Source: an uncultured Verrucomicrobiae bacterium
GTDB taxonomy: Bacteria > Verrucomicrobiota > Verrucomicrobiia > Chthoniobacterales > JAFAMB01
Assembly (NCBI GenBank): GCA_963837955.1
Contig: CAWIPH010000002.1
Coordinates: 448,001-512,000 of the forward strand
Direction of reading: 5' to 3'
Length of the DNA: 64,000 nt
The position numbers were made by a program, and so were the translations under genes. Below are positions 1 through 9,851 of the stretch, one piece after another; within the stretch, counting starts at the first letter, position 1, and each line of letters opens with the position of its first letter. Below the pieces are notes generated by a model, which was not told the origin of the DNA, ran no database searches, and saw nothing but the letters and a program-made list of their open reading frames with translations.

Positions 1-398
1 CCGATGAACCAGACGTCTGCATGTTGACCATGTTCAATGGCCGGAAAAGAGGCCGATCCGTCTTGGAAGCCGTAACTTACGTCGAAAAGAATTTTAACGA
101 ATAAAGCGATAACGACGATCCCGCCAAAAAGCGCAGGTAAATTCAGTTTTCGACGCTGCTCCGCCTTTAGGTCTAGCAACATGATGATGAAGAGAAACAG
201 CACCATCACCGCGCCGGCGTAGACTAGAATTTGAATTACCCCAATAAAAAAGGCGTCGAGCGATACGTACAGTGCCGCCAGGGCGAGGAAGCAAACAACT
301 AGGCTGAGCGCACTCGTCACTGGATTACGGTTGATCACGACCATGAGGCCGAAGAACAGCATGATCACCGAGAAGGTCCAAAAGAGCGGGGGAGCCAT
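1..398 (-). CDS. nuoJ: NADH-quinone oxidoreductase subunit J (3' end runs off the window)
   Basis: Manual translation from ATG at 398: MAPPLFWTFSVIMLFFGLMVVINRNPVTSALSLVVCF...QILVYAGAVMVLFLFIIMLL, the NuoJ signature; follows nuoI. Confidence 0.93.
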   Translation of the reverse strand, partial: MAPPLFWTFSVIMLFFGLMVVINRNPVTSALSLVVCFLALAALYVSLDAFFIGVIQILVYAGAVMVLFLFIIMLLDLKAEQRRKLNLPALFGGIVVIALFVKILFDVSYGFQDGSASFPAIEHGQHADVWFI

Positions 399-403
399 CG
401 TGG

Positions 404-934
404 TTACTTCTTCTCGTTCCACTTATTGACCAAGCCGGTCATCACTCCGCCTAACTCGTACAGGCGCTCCTTATCGTGCACCATTTCTGCGCGGGTGAGT
501 CCCGTAATCGCATAATCCTTTCGCAAAAAGATTGCCTGTTCGGGGCAAACTTCTTCGCAGAGCCCGCAATAGATGCAGCGGATCATATCTATTTCAAACT
601 CTTCGGGATATTTTTCCACCTTTCGCCATCGATCATTCTCCGGAATTTCACCCGGTTTGATGGTGATCGCCCGAGGCGGGCAAATGAATTCGCAGAGTTG
701 GCAGGCCACGCAGCGTTCCCGACCAAACTCATCTGTTACCAACGTCGGAGCACCGCGATAGTGCGGCGGTAAACTGTCATCCCACTTTTCGTCGGGATAC
801 TGCATCGTGACTTTTTTCTTCCGGAGGAGGATTCCGAAAAAGTGTCTGATCGTGATGCCGAGACCGGTTAGCACGGCCGGTAGATAAATCCTCTCGGATA
901 AAGTCAATTTCGGGCGGGAAACGGTGTAAGCCAT
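404..934 (-). CDS. nuoI: NADH-quinone oxidoreductase subunit I
   Basis: Two ferredoxin motifs CVACQLCEFICP and CIYCGLCEEVCP; start re-picked at MAYTVSRP (934), just after the nuoH stop. Confidence 0.95.
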   Translation of the reverse strand: MAYTVSRPKLTLSERIYLPAVLTGLGITIRHFFGILLRKKKVTMQYPDEKWDDSLPPHYRGAPTLVTDEFGRERCVACQLCEFICPPRAITIKPGEIPENDRWRKVEKYPEEFEIDMIRCIYCGLCEEVCPEQAIFLRKDYAITGLTRAEMVHDKERLYELGGVMTGLVNKWNEKK

Positions 935-942
935 GGGGTCCT

Positions 943-2073
943 TTACTTCGGCATAATCGCCAGAATGATGGCTACGAGCAGGATATTCACGAGCGCAATC
1001 TCGAAGAAGAAATACCAGCCGAGTCTCATTAATTGATCGAAGCGGAAACGGGGTAAGGTCCAGCGGACCCAAATAAAGAAAAATAAGAGAAGAGCGACTT
1101 TTACGAAAAAGGCGATGATATGAGCCAGGCCAAGAAGGACGCCTGGCCAAAACGGGAGCTGCTCGGGCGCCGTCGGAAGCAAAGGAATGTGCCACGCCCC
1201 GAAGAAGAGTGTCACGATGACGGCTGAGCCGGCAATCATCGCAGCGTATTCTCCCAAAAAGAACAGAGCGAATTTCATCGACGAATACTCGGTGTGGTAG
1301 CCGCCGACCAATTCGGTTTCCGACTCCGGTAGATCAAAAGGAAGGCGATTGGTTTCGGCGAACATCGAAACCAGGAAAACGAAGAAAGAAAGAAAAAGCG
1401 GGATCCAAAGCAGAATTTTCCAGATGCTGAAAGAGCTGATTAACTCCGCAAAATTGATACCGGTAAAAGAGATGCCTTTCAGCCAGAGAGGGGAAATAAG
1501 CCATCCATTTTCAATTTGGTATTTTACGATGGCGGGCAAATTGAGTGTGCCGCAGATCAGGAAAATTGGAACGACCGATAGGCCGAGCGAGAGTTCATAC
1601 GAGATCATTTGGGAGCTCGAGCGGATGCCGCCCAGAAATGGATATTTGGAATTTGATGACCATCCGGCCAGAACAATCCCGTATACGCCGAGCGATGAAA
1701 CTGCGAACACCCAAAGAACTCCGATGTCGACATTAGCAATTACCATCGGTTGACCAAACCAGGTGCTGCCAAAAGGGATGACGGCGAGCGCCATGATGGA
1801 AGGAGCCATTGCGCAGGCGGGCGCCAGCCAATAATAGAATTTGTTGACGTGGGCCGGCGTGAAATCTTCTTTCAAGAGTAGTTTCAGCGCGTCGGCGATT
1901 GGTTGCAGCAGGCCGAGTGGCCCAACCCGATTGGGACCAATCCGGTCCTGAATCATAGCGCTTACTCGGCGTTCAGCATAAACCGTGTAAGAGACCATCG
2001 GGAGGATGACCGCGAACAATAGTCCGAGCGTTTTCAGCAAACTAATGGCGACGCCGGTTAGGAAATCGGTCAT
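943..2073 (-). CDS. nuoH: NADH-quinone oxidoreductase subunit H
   Basis: ERRVSAMIQDRIGPNRVGP, AETNRLPFDLPESETELVGGY and RWTLPRFRFDQLM motifs. Confidence 0.97.
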   Translation of the reverse strand: MTDFLTGVAISLLKTLGLLFAVILPMVSYTVYAERRVSAMIQDRIGPNRVGPLGLLQPIADALKLLLKEDFTPAHVNKFYYWLAPACAMAPSIMALAVIPFGSTWFGQPMVIANVDIGVLWVFAVSSLGVYGIVLAGWSSNSKYPFLGGIRSSSQMISYELSLGLSVVPIFLICGTLNLPAIVKYQIENGWLISPLWLKGISFTGINFAELISSFSIWKILLWIPLFLSFFVFLVSMFAETNRLPFDLPESETELVGGYHTEYSSMKFALFFLGEYAAMIAGSAVIVTLFFGAWHIPLLPTAPEQLPFWPGVLLGLAHIIAFFVKVALLLFFFIWVRWTLPRFRFDQLMRLGWYFFFEIALVNILLVAIILAIMPK

Positions 2074-3743
2074 ACGAGGGCGTTTTCCGGTGCTCCCGCT
2101 GGGGCTGTCTTGTCTTCGAGCTGTATCCCTAGATCTCCTATTCTGCTTAAACTGATTCCACGTAATTCCGGGATGGCTTCAGCCATTTGCTTGAAGACAT
2201 CTTCAATGAGGTAAATGCCATTGGAGCCGGTGAATTTTTGGAGGAGGTCCCGCAAAATTTCCCAATCGTCCCGAGCGTCTCCGGGTCCTTGAATCGCCCG
2301 ATTTAGCCGTTGCAGCCGGCTCTTGATATTGATCATTGAACCTCGTTTCTCGGCAAAAGAAAGACTAGGCAATAGGATCGTCGCGTGCGCAGTGGTCTGA
2401 TTTGGAAGGATGTCGACAACGATCAGTGTTTCGAGTTTCTCGAGATCAGCGCTACTCAGTCCGGGGCTGAGATCTTCACCGAGTGCTAGAATCGCTTTAA
2501 TGGTACCGGCCTTCACTTGCTGAATGATCTCCGGTAAGAGGCTACCTGGTTCTTCCTGGGAGACACCGAAAAGATGGGCTCCTACAGTATTCGGATTGCG
2601 GAAGCTACTCAGAAGCAAATCGTCTCCTTGCCCCATCCGCGGAACGACGTCGTGGTATTTGACGCCCAAAGCCTCGATCAGCTTCTTGGTGAGCCAAAGT
2701 TCTTCATTCGTCATCTTACCGGAGCCAATGACGGCGATTTCTTCTCCCTTGAATCGGCGCAGATCATCGACGGCCCGAGTGATCGCCGCGTTCCAGCTAG
2801 CCTCTTCCAGTGCCTCCCCGAACCGAATTACCGGTTTGGTTAACCGCTCGGGTGCGTTCACGTAGTGAAAATTCAGCCGGCCATAATCGCACATCCAGGC
2901 AGAATTGACGTAGTCGTTGTCGCGAGGAGTTTGCCGGTAGATGACATTTTCGCGGCTGCCAATAATCGTGTTGCAGCCAGTCGCGCAACTCGTACAAATG
3001 CTTTTGGTTTCCTTCAAAAACCAAACGCGCATCTTGAAGCGAAAATCGGTATTGGTTAGCGCTCCGACCGGGCAGATATCTACCGTGTTAAGTGAATAGT
3101 TGCTATCCAGCAGGCGACCCGGGTGGGCGGTGAGGTAAGTGTGGCTGCCACGGCTAGCGAATCCGAGGACGTCATCCTTTGCCACCTCCTTCATGAAACG
3201 AATGCACCGGGAACAGAGAATACAACGTTCATCGTCCAGTGTTACCCGCGGTCCGAGCTCAACCCGTTTTGGCTTCTTAACTTTTTCTTCGAGAAACCGA
3301 GAGCCCCCTGTTCCATACTCCACGCTGAACTCCTGTAGCTGACATTCGCCAGCTTGATCGCAGATCGGACAGTCGAGCGGATGATTGATGAGCAGGAATT
3401 CCATTACGCCGTGCCGGCATTCGCGGACCATCGGCGAATCTGTCCGGATCCCCATACCCTCCGCGATATCTTGAGCACAGGAAATCTGGGGACGGGGAAT
3501 CCAGTTGATGACCGGTTTGCCGTCCCCTCCAGTTTCCGCTTTGCGGTCGGGACCCAGCTTTGGCATCCCCATCTCGATCAGACACATGCGGCAGTTTCCC
3601 GGTGAGCTGAGCTTGGGATGATAACAATAATGGGGAACGAATTTGCCGGCCTTAGCGCACGCTTCGATCACCCGAGTTCCTTTCGGGAACTGGTGCCACA
3701 CGCCATCGATCTGTACGTTCAAGAGTTCTGCGGATCCACTCAT
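2070..3743 (-). CDS. nuoG: NADH-quinone oxidoreductase subunit G (short, 557 aa)
   Basis: CYHPKL..GNCRMC, HPLDCPICDQAGEC and RCILCSRCIRF Fe-S motifs; operon position. Confidence 0.95.
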   Translation of the reverse strand: MSGSAELLNVQIDGVWHQFPKGTRVIEACAKAGKFVPHYCYHPKLSSPGNCRMCLIEMGMPKLGPDRKAETGGDGKPVINWIPRPQISCAQDIAEGMGIRTDSPMVRECRHGVMEFLLINHPLDCPICDQAGECQLQEFSVEYGTGGSRFLEEKVKKPKRVELGPRVTLDDERCILCSRCIRFMKEVAKDDVLGFASRGSHTYLTAHPGRLLDSNYSLNTVDICPVGALTNTDFRFKMRVWFLKETKSICTSCATGCNTIIGSRENVIYRQTPRDNDYVNSAWMCDYGRLNFHYVNAPERLTKPVIRFGEALEEASWNAAITRAVDDLRRFKGEEIAVIGSGKMTNEELWLTKKLIEALGVKYHDVVPRMGQGDDLLLSSFRNPNTVGAHLFGVSQEEPGSLLPEIIQQVKAGTIKAILALGEDLSPGLSSADLEKLETLIVVDILPNQTTAHATILLPSLSFAEKRGSMINIKSRLQRLNRAIQGPGDARDDWEILRDLLQKFTGSNGIYLIEDVFKQMAEAIPELRGISLSRIGDLGIQLEDKTAPAGAPENALV

Positions 3744-3752
3744 AACCTCAAA

Positions 3753-5108
3753 TTAAACCTGCCCATTCTTTGCAGCGTAGGCTGCAAATTCATCGGCGAA
3801 CTTGGCGACAAAGCTTTGAGTCGGCCAAGCGCAAGCCTCGCCAAACGCGCAAATTGTTCGTCCGGCTATATTGTCGGCGACACTTTTTAAGACGCCCGGA
3901 TCCCTCTTATCGCCGCCACCCTGAAGCAGCCGCCCGGTCAACTTGCTCATCCAAAGCGAGCCTTCCCGGCAGGGAGTACATTGCCCGCAACTTTCGTGCG
4001 CATAAAACTCGTTAATGTTATTGAGGGCCCAGACCATATCTCGAGAGTCGTCCATCACGATCACCCCCCCGGACCCCGCCATGGAGCCGACCGCAGCCAA
4101 TGAATCAAAGTCCATTCGAATGTCTTCGATCCCAATTTCCTGTTCACTCATCGTACCGTCGGGCTGCTTGTTCTTGATCTTGAAGCGCTCATCGGCGCGA
4201 AGCACTTTGGCCGAGCTTCCTCCCGGAATTACTGCCTTCAATTTACGCCCTGGTTTCAATCCACCGCAGATATCGTAGAGCAGTTCTCCCATGGTTACTC
4301 CGCCCACTTCCAGCTCGTAGTATCCCGGCCTTTGCACGTCCCCGCTGACACAAAGGACGCGAGTTCCAGTGTTATTGGGACGCCCGATTTTGGCAAACTC
4401 TGCGCCGCCCATCCGCACGATGTGCTTCACGTTGCATAGAGTTTCTACATTGTTGACGACAGTCGGGCTCATGTATAGACCAAGGACTGCCGGAAAGTAG
4501 GGAGGCTTAATGCGCGGATAAGGACGTTTTCCTTCCAAAGATTCGATCAGGCCGGTTTCCTCGCCGCAAATGTAGGCGCCGGCGCCGCGATGTACGTAGA
4601 TCTCTAGGTCAAAGCCGCTTCCCAAAATATTCGAACCGAGGTAGCCGCGATCTTTTGCTTCGGCGATCGCCTGTTCCAGAATCTTGGCGCCGAGCGGAAA
4701 CTCTCCCCGAATATAGATGTATGCTAGCCGGGCATTCACCGCGTAGCAGGAGATGATCATTCCTTCGATCAATTGATGCGGATCCTGGTGAATAATGTAG
4801 CGATCCTTGAAAGTACCGGGTTCCGATTCGTCTGCGTTGCAGATCAGGTAAACAGGCTTGGACCCGCCTGGTTTGATGAATCCCCATTTGGCGCCGCAAG
4901 GAAAGCCGGCACCGCCTCGACCCCGCAAAGCGGAGGTTTTGACCTCGTTCACGATTTGTTCCGGCGTCATTCGGAAGGCGGCACGCAAATCCGCGTAGCC
5001 GCCATCGTTTTCGTAGCAAATGATGTCGGGAGTCCAACCCTCGCGGTCGATGTTTTTGAAGATGATCCGCATTTCGCGAGGGTGCGGGGTTCGGTGGATC
5101 GATGCCAT
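3753..5108 (-). CDS. nuoF: NADH-quinone oxidoreductase subunit F
   Basis: LRGRGGAGF, NADESEPGTFKDR, GAGAYICGEETG, ESCGQCTPCREG; start re-picked at MASIHRTP (5108). Confidence 0.97.
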   Translation of the reverse strand: MASIHRTPHPREMRIIFKNIDREGWTPDIICYENDGGYADLRAAFRMTPEQIVNEVKTSALRGRGGAGFPCGAKWGFIKPGGSKPVYLICNADESEPGTFKDRYIIHQDPHQLIEGMIISCYAVNARLAYIYIRGEFPLGAKILEQAIAEAKDRGYLGSNILGSGFDLEIYVHRGAGAYICGEETGLIESLEGKRPYPRIKPPYFPAVLGLYMSPTVVNNVETLCNVKHIVRMGGAEFAKIGRPNNTGTRVLCVSGDVQRPGYYELEVGGVTMGELLYDICGGLKPGRKLKAVIPGGSSAKVLRADERFKIKNKQPDGTMSEQEIGIEDIRMDFDSLAAVGSMAGSGGVIVMDDSRDMVWALNNINEFYAHESCGQCTPCREGSLWMSKLTGRLLQGGGDKRDPGVLKSVADNIAGRTICAFGEACAWPTQSFVAKFADEFAAYAAKNGQV

Positions 5109-5110
5109 AG

Positions 5111-5611
5111 CTATTGATACTTTTGGAGCAATTCCGGGACTTCGTCCTCCGAAGTGGCCTCGTAAAAATCGTCGTCGATCATGCAAACCGGTCCGGTACC
5201 GCAACTCGCTAGACACTCGACAAATTCCACACTGTATTTTCCGTCAGCACTTTTCAAAACGTGGCTGTTATGGCCGTGCTGATCCGGATCGATCTTGGCA
5301 TAGCGGCAAAAAGACTTGAGTAGCGAATAGCTGCCTGCCATCGCGCAGGATAGCGTGCGGCACACCCTAATGTGGTGCTTCCCGAATGGCTCCTGGCGGA
5401 ACATCGGATAAAATGTCACCAGCTCCAGGATGTTGATCGGTTCCAATTCCAGCCTTTGGGCGACCCAAGTGATGGCTTCACTACTAATGTAGCCAAAGTG
5501 TTCCTGAATAAGATGGAGAAGCGGTAGCGAAGCGCTCCGCTTCGAAACCGGGTAATGAGCAATGATCTCGTCGATCCGCGACTGAAGTTCGGCTGGGATT
5601 TCCATAATCAA
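5111..5611 (-). CDS. nuoE: NADH-quinone oxidoreductase subunit E
   Basis: VTFYPMF, VCRTLSC and ECLASCGTGP 2Fe-2S motifs. Confidence 0.95.
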   Translation of the reverse strand: MIMEIPAELQSRIDEIIAHYPVSKRSASLPLLHLIQEHFGYISSEAITWVAQRLELEPINILELVTFYPMFRQEPFGKHHIRVCRTLSCAMAGSYSLLKSFCRYAKIDPDQHGHNSHVLKSADGKYSVEFVECLASCGTGPVCMIDDDFYEATSEDEVPELLQKYQ

Positions 5612-5901
5612 TGTCCGGCTAGACGCTCCGGCTCTTTAACCAAGTGGCCGTTCTGAAACCGTAGAGCGATCGTCTGATGGTCTTGCTCGTAGTAATAAGT
5701 AATCACAGTTAACGGCTTCTTATTGATCTCTCCGTCCTCCTCCTCCTTTTTCTCGCGATCGGGTTGCCCCAAAATCGTTTCTACTTCCTTTGGGCTCATG
5801 CTGAGCCTGACCTGTTCCAGATTCCGGTTTGCGATTTCGCGCTTACAACCTCCCAGGAAAAACGCCGCGGTGAAGGCCACGATGACGATCCGGAAGGCCA
5901 T
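5608..5901 (-). CDS. Small putative lipoprotein, SmpA/BamE-like
   Basis: Signal peptide with lipobox (MAFRIVIVAFTAAFFLGG-C) and VRLSMSPKEVETILGQP motif; tightly packed between nuoD and nuoE. Confidence 0.7.
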   Translation of the reverse strand: MAFRIVIVAFTAAFFLGGCKREIANRNLEQVRLSMSPKEVETILGQPDREKKEEEDGEINKKPLTVITYYYEQDHQTIALRFQNGHLVKEPERLAGH

Positions 5902-5905
5902 AAAC

Positions 5906-7156
5906 TTACCGGTCACATTCACCCATAACAAAATCTAAACTGCCGAGAACAGCGACGACATCAGACATCATGTGGCCAAGCAAAATCTTCGGGAGAATAC
6001 TTAGATTCACGAATGAGGGCGCTCGGATTTTCAGGCGATACGGTACGCCGCCGCCCTTGCTGTGAATGTAGAACCCCAGTTCGCCTTTCGGATTTTCTGC
6101 TCCAAAATAGATCTCCCCCGGCGGTGCATCTACCCCTTCCGTGTGGATGATGAAATGATGGATGAGTTCTTCCATCTTCATGAGCACATCCGGTTTGGGT
6201 GGAGGAAAGTTCTTAGGATCGGAGACGTTGACCGGCCCGGAAGGAAGGTCTTTTATCACCTGACGCAAGATCTTGACGCTCTGTCGCATCTCCTCGATGC
6301 GGACGAGATAACGATCAAACGCGTCGCCCACTGTGCCGATCGGGATGTCAAAATCGTACTTTTCGTAGTCCAGATAAGGTTTTGCCCTGCGAACATCGTA
6401 TTCGATTCCGCTGCCGCGAAGATTCGGCCCGGTGATTCCATAGCTGATGGCATCCTCCTTCGTGATAATGCCAAGATCTTTGGTCCGATTGACAAAGATT
6501 GGATTGCGCGTCAGCAGCCGATCGACTTCGTCAAGTTGCGGTACGAACTCATCTAGAAACCGGCTGAGCCTGGCCAAGAATCCTTCCGGTAAATCCCGCG
6601 TCTGCCCGCCCACGCGGGTATAGGAGGTAGTGAAACGTGCTCCGGTGAGCAGTTCTATGAGATCGTAGAGCTTCTCGCGTTCGGTGAACGTGTAGAGAAA
6701 CACGGTCATGGCGCCGACATCCATCGCGAAGGCACCGAGGCCGAGAAGGTGTGCCGAAATGCGCGCCATTTCGCAGCTGATCACTCGTATTGCTTTTCCC
6801 CGAGGGGGAAGCTCCCAGCCGATGAGTTTCTCGACGGCCAACGCGTAAGCAACGTTGTTGGCAAGCGGGGCCAAATAATCAAGCCGATCGGTATAAGGAA
6901 CAAACTGATTATACTGCATGTTTTCAGCGATTTTTTCGTCGCCTCGATGCAAGTACCCGATATCCGGTGTGGCCTTGGTGATAATCTCGCCATCGAGTTC
7001 CAGCACGACTCGGAGTACTCCGTGCGTGGCCGGATGGGAAGGACCCATGTTAATTGTCAACTTTTCGCCAAGAAGTTCGGCATCGCTGATGGCTTCCAGC
7101 GATTTGGCTGTCCGGGTATACGAATCCGGTAATTCAATTTCGCGCGAGGTGGCCAT
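5906..7156 (-). CDS. nuoD: NADH-quinone oxidoreductase subunit D
   Basis: NMGPSHPATHGVLR, GYLHRG.EK, ENPKGELG and C-terminal DFVMGECDR. Confidence 0.97.
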   Translation of the reverse strand: MATSREIELPDSYTRTAKSLEAISDAELLGEKLTINMGPSHPATHGVLRVVLELDGEIITKATPDIGYLHRGDEKIAENMQYNQFVPYTDRLDYLAPLANNVAYALAVEKLIGWELPPRGKAIRVISCEMARISAHLLGLGAFAMDVGAMTVFLYTFTEREKLYDLIELLTGARFTTSYTRVGGQTRDLPEGFLARLSRFLDEFVPQLDEVDRLLTRNPIFVNRTKDLGIITKEDAISYGITGPNLRGSGIEYDVRRAKPYLDYEKYDFDIPIGTVGDAFDRYLVRIEEMRQSVKILRQVIKDLPSGPVNVSDPKNFPPPKPDVLMKMEELIHHFIIHTEGVDAPPGEIYFGAENPKGELGFYIHSKGGGVPYRLKIRAPSFVNLSILPKILLGHMMSDVVAVLGSLDFVMGECDR

Positions 7157-7328
7157 AGGTGCGAGTAAGGCGAAGTTACATATCTCTTATTTGGCGTCGC
7201 AAGCGATTATTGTGAAAATTTTCACAAGCAAAATAAAAACGGCTGCGAAATTGAGACTAGGCCCGAACATGATCCAACGCCTGCTCTATTCAGAACTGAG
7301 CAAATGCTAGCAACCACAGCCTAAATTT

Positions 7329-8651
7329 ATGGAACCATCCGTTGCTCAAACCGAGTCTTCGCCACGGGTCGTCATTGTCGGGGGAGGCTTTGGCGGTCTT
7401 TACGCCGCCAAGGAACTCGCCGAGAAAGGGGCACGTGTGACGGTCATCGATCGAACGAATCATCACCTCTTCCAGCCGCTCCTTTATCAAGTGGCTACCG
7501 CCGGACTTTCCCCGGCCGATATCGCTCAGCCGATTCGACACATACTCAGGGAGGCCAAAAATATTGAAGTAATAATGGCGGAAGTTGACCGAATCGATAC
7601 CAACTCAAAACAGGTCCACACGACCAGGAACCTGAACTTTCCCTACGACTATTTGGTCGTCGCGGCCGGGACCCGACATTCTTATTTTGGCCATGATGAA
7701 TGGGAAGCGCTTGCACCTGGTCTGAAGAATTTGGAGGACGCCCTCGAATTGCGGCGACGTATTTTGAGCGCGTTCGAAGCTGCTGAGATGGCGAATTCTG
7801 AAGAAGATCGGCGAGCCGCTCTGACCTTTGTTGTGGTGGGAGCTGGGCCGACCGGAGTCGAAATGGCTGGTGCAATAGTCGAGCTTGCCAACCGGAGTTT
7901 GTCTGAAGATTTTCGTCATATCGATCCTCGTTCCACCCGCGTCTTGCTGTTCGAAGGAGGACCACGCGTCTTACCGGCTTTCCAGGAAGATCTTTCTCGC
8001 TCCGCTCTGAAACAATTGGAAAGTATGGGCATCGAGGTGCGCACTGAAGCAATGGTCAAGGACGTGACCAGTGAGGGAGTGAAGGTTAACGAAGAATTTG
8101 TTCCCAGTCGGACCGTGGTATGGGCGGCCGGAAACGCTGCTTCGCCGATTGGCAAGAGCTTGGGAGCAGAAACCGATCGAGCCGGTCGAGTTTTGGTAAA
8201 CGAGGATTTATCTGTACCCGGTCATCCAGAGATTTTCGCCATTGGTGACATGGCGTGCTTCACCCATCAGACGGGTGAGCCGTTGCCTGGACTCTCGCCG
8301 GTAGCAATGCAGATGGGCCGGCACGCGGCCCGCAACATTCTTTCCGTTATCGGGGGCCAGAAGCCGGCACCATTTCGCTATTTCGACAAAGGCACGATGG
8401 CAACGATCGGCCGCAACAAAGCAGTTGCTGACCTCAAATTTGTTCGCTTTGGCGGGTTCTTAGCTTGGCTGAGTTGGCTCTTTGTCCATCTGATCTTTTT
8501 AATCGGCCTGCGTAATCGATTGCTGGTTTTCATCCAGTGGATCTGGGCCTACTTCACATACGGTCGGGGAGCGCGGCTCCTCTACGGAACCTTCAAGGCA
8601 CGGGCAGGACGGATCAGAGAAAACGAGGAGAAGCAGATCGCTAGTCGCTGA
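7329..8651 (+). CDS. ndh: Type II NADH dehydrogenase (NDH-2 family FAD oxidoreductase)
   Basis: GGGFGG, HLFQPLLYQVAT, GAGPTGVEMAG, FRYFDKGTMATIGR, WLFVHLIFLIG motifs. Confidence 0.9.
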   Translation: MEPSVAQTESSPRVVIVGGGFGGLYAAKELAEKGARVTVIDRTNHHLFQPLLYQVATAGLSPADIAQPIRHILREAKNIEVIMAEVDRIDTNSKQVHTTRNLNFPYDYLVVAAGTRHSYFGHDEWEALAPGLKNLEDALELRRRILSAFEAAEMANSEEDRRAALTFVVVGAGPTGVEMAGAIVELANRSLSEDFRHIDPRSTRVLLFEGGPRVLPAFQEDLSRSALKQLESMGIEVRTEAMVKDVTSEGVKVNEEFVPSRTVVWAAGNAASPIGKSLGAETDRAGRVLVNEDLSVPGHPEIFAIGDMACFTHQTGEPLPGLSPVAMQMGRHAARNILSVIGGQKPAPFRYFDKGTMATIGRNKAVADLKFVRFGGFLAWLSWLFVHLIFLIGLRNRLLVFIQWIWAYFTYGRGARLLYGTFKARAGRIRENEEKQIASR

Positions 8652-8670
8652 TCGATGAGAGGCCCATTTT

Positions 8671-9528
8671 GTGGACCAGCCAATGCTCGATAAGATCCGC
8701 CGAATCCTTCAGTTTATTCGATTTTCTCATACCGTCTTCGCTCTCCCGTTTGCGGTCGGATCGATGCTCGTGGCTGCACATGGCCTGCCGGACTGGTCGC
8801 TGGTTTTGTTGATCCTGCTGGCGATGGTTTTTGCTCGGACTTCCGCGATGGCGTTTAATCGCGTAGCCGATTGGGAGATCGACCAGCGCAACCCCCGCAC
8901 TGCCGGCCGCCATAAACTAGTTTCCAAACCTGCTGCTATACTGCTAGTGGCCGCGTCGGCCGGCGGATTCATCGCCATTTGCCGGTTCATTAATCCAATC
9001 TGTTTTCTGCTTTCGCCAGTCGCGCTGGCCGTCATTTTCTCCTACTCTTACACCAAGCGGTTTACGTCGTTCACGCAGTTTGTGCTTGGTTTGTCGCTCG
9101 CGATTGCTCCGGTTGGAGCTTGGCTAGCAGTTCGGGGCGAGCTGGCCGTGCCACCGTTGATTCTAGCGTCGGGGGTGATCTTTTGGGTCGGCGGTTTTGA
9201 CCTTATCTATTCGATTCAAGACTACGAATTCGACCAGCGCGCCGGGCTACATTCGATGGTGGTTAAGTACGGGGTCTCTGCGAGTCTTCGGCTTGCTCAG
9301 ATCATGCATGGCATTCTATTGCTCTGCCTCATTGGATTTGGTTACGCCAGCGGACTGGGCTGGGTCTACTATGGTGCGTTATTGCTGGTTTGCGGTGCAT
9401 TGCTTTATGAGCATCGGGCAGCCGCTACCCTCAATTTGAGCGGGATTAATCGGGCATTTTTTCAGAGCAACGCGTTCGTCAGCATTGTGTTTGTAGCGGC
9501 CATCGCCTTGGATCTGATGATGAGGTAG
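8671..9528 (+). CDS. UbiA-family prenyltransferase (UbiA/MqnP-like)
   Basis: IRFSHTVFALPF, NRVADWEIDQRNPRT, YSYTKRF, FDLIYSIQD Asp-rich motifs; multiple TM segments. Confidence 0.9.
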   Translation: MDQPMLDKIRRILQFIRFSHTVFALPFAVGSMLVAAHGLPDWSLVLLILLAMVFARTSAMAFNRVADWEIDQRNPRTAGRHKLVSKPAAILLVAASAGGFIAICRFINPICFLLSPVALAVIFSYSYTKRFTSFTQFVLGLSLAIAPVGAWLAVRGELAVPPLILASGVIFWVGGFDLIYSIQDYEFDQRAGLHSMVVKYGVSASLRLAQIMHGILLLCLIGFGYASGLGWVYYGALLLVCGALLYEHRAAATLNLSGINRAFFQSNAFVSIVFVAAIALDLMMR

Positions 9529-9772
9529 GACGCCTCCGATCGCCCTCGTGTGTCGCACCTGACCAGGCGCGAGGCTGCGTCGCGGCCGGTGGTTCGGCTA
9601 TGCCCAACCGAAGAAAGAGGGTGTGCCGAACCTTGCGAAGGCGGCTGCGAAAGTCGAAGAACCAATAAGCGATTGACCGGTCAGGCCTGATGATCTCACA
9701 GCCAGGCAAATCTCCGGTAATGACCATGGGGAATTTGGCTATTCGACGATCGGGCGCCGGTCATTTTGCTCA

Positions 9773-9796
9773 ATCCATCAAAGCATCATGATGGAT
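9773..9796. promoter_or_regulatory. Palindromic candidate operator upstream of metH
   Basis: ATCCATCA-aagcatca-TGATGGAT: perfect 8-bp arms, 55 bp before the metH ATG. Confidence 0.45.
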
Positions 9797-9851
9797 CAAT
9801 CTATTGTTTGCGGGCCCCTTTTCACCGTGATAGCTTTCCGCTCTCGGCACT

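Noticed and set aside
9530..9770. SAM-I, SAH or cobalamin riboswitch upstream of metH
   Set aside because: Only loose resemblance (GGCCTGATGA); the conserved GCAACC/GGTGC core and P1 helix were not found; would need Infernal to revisit
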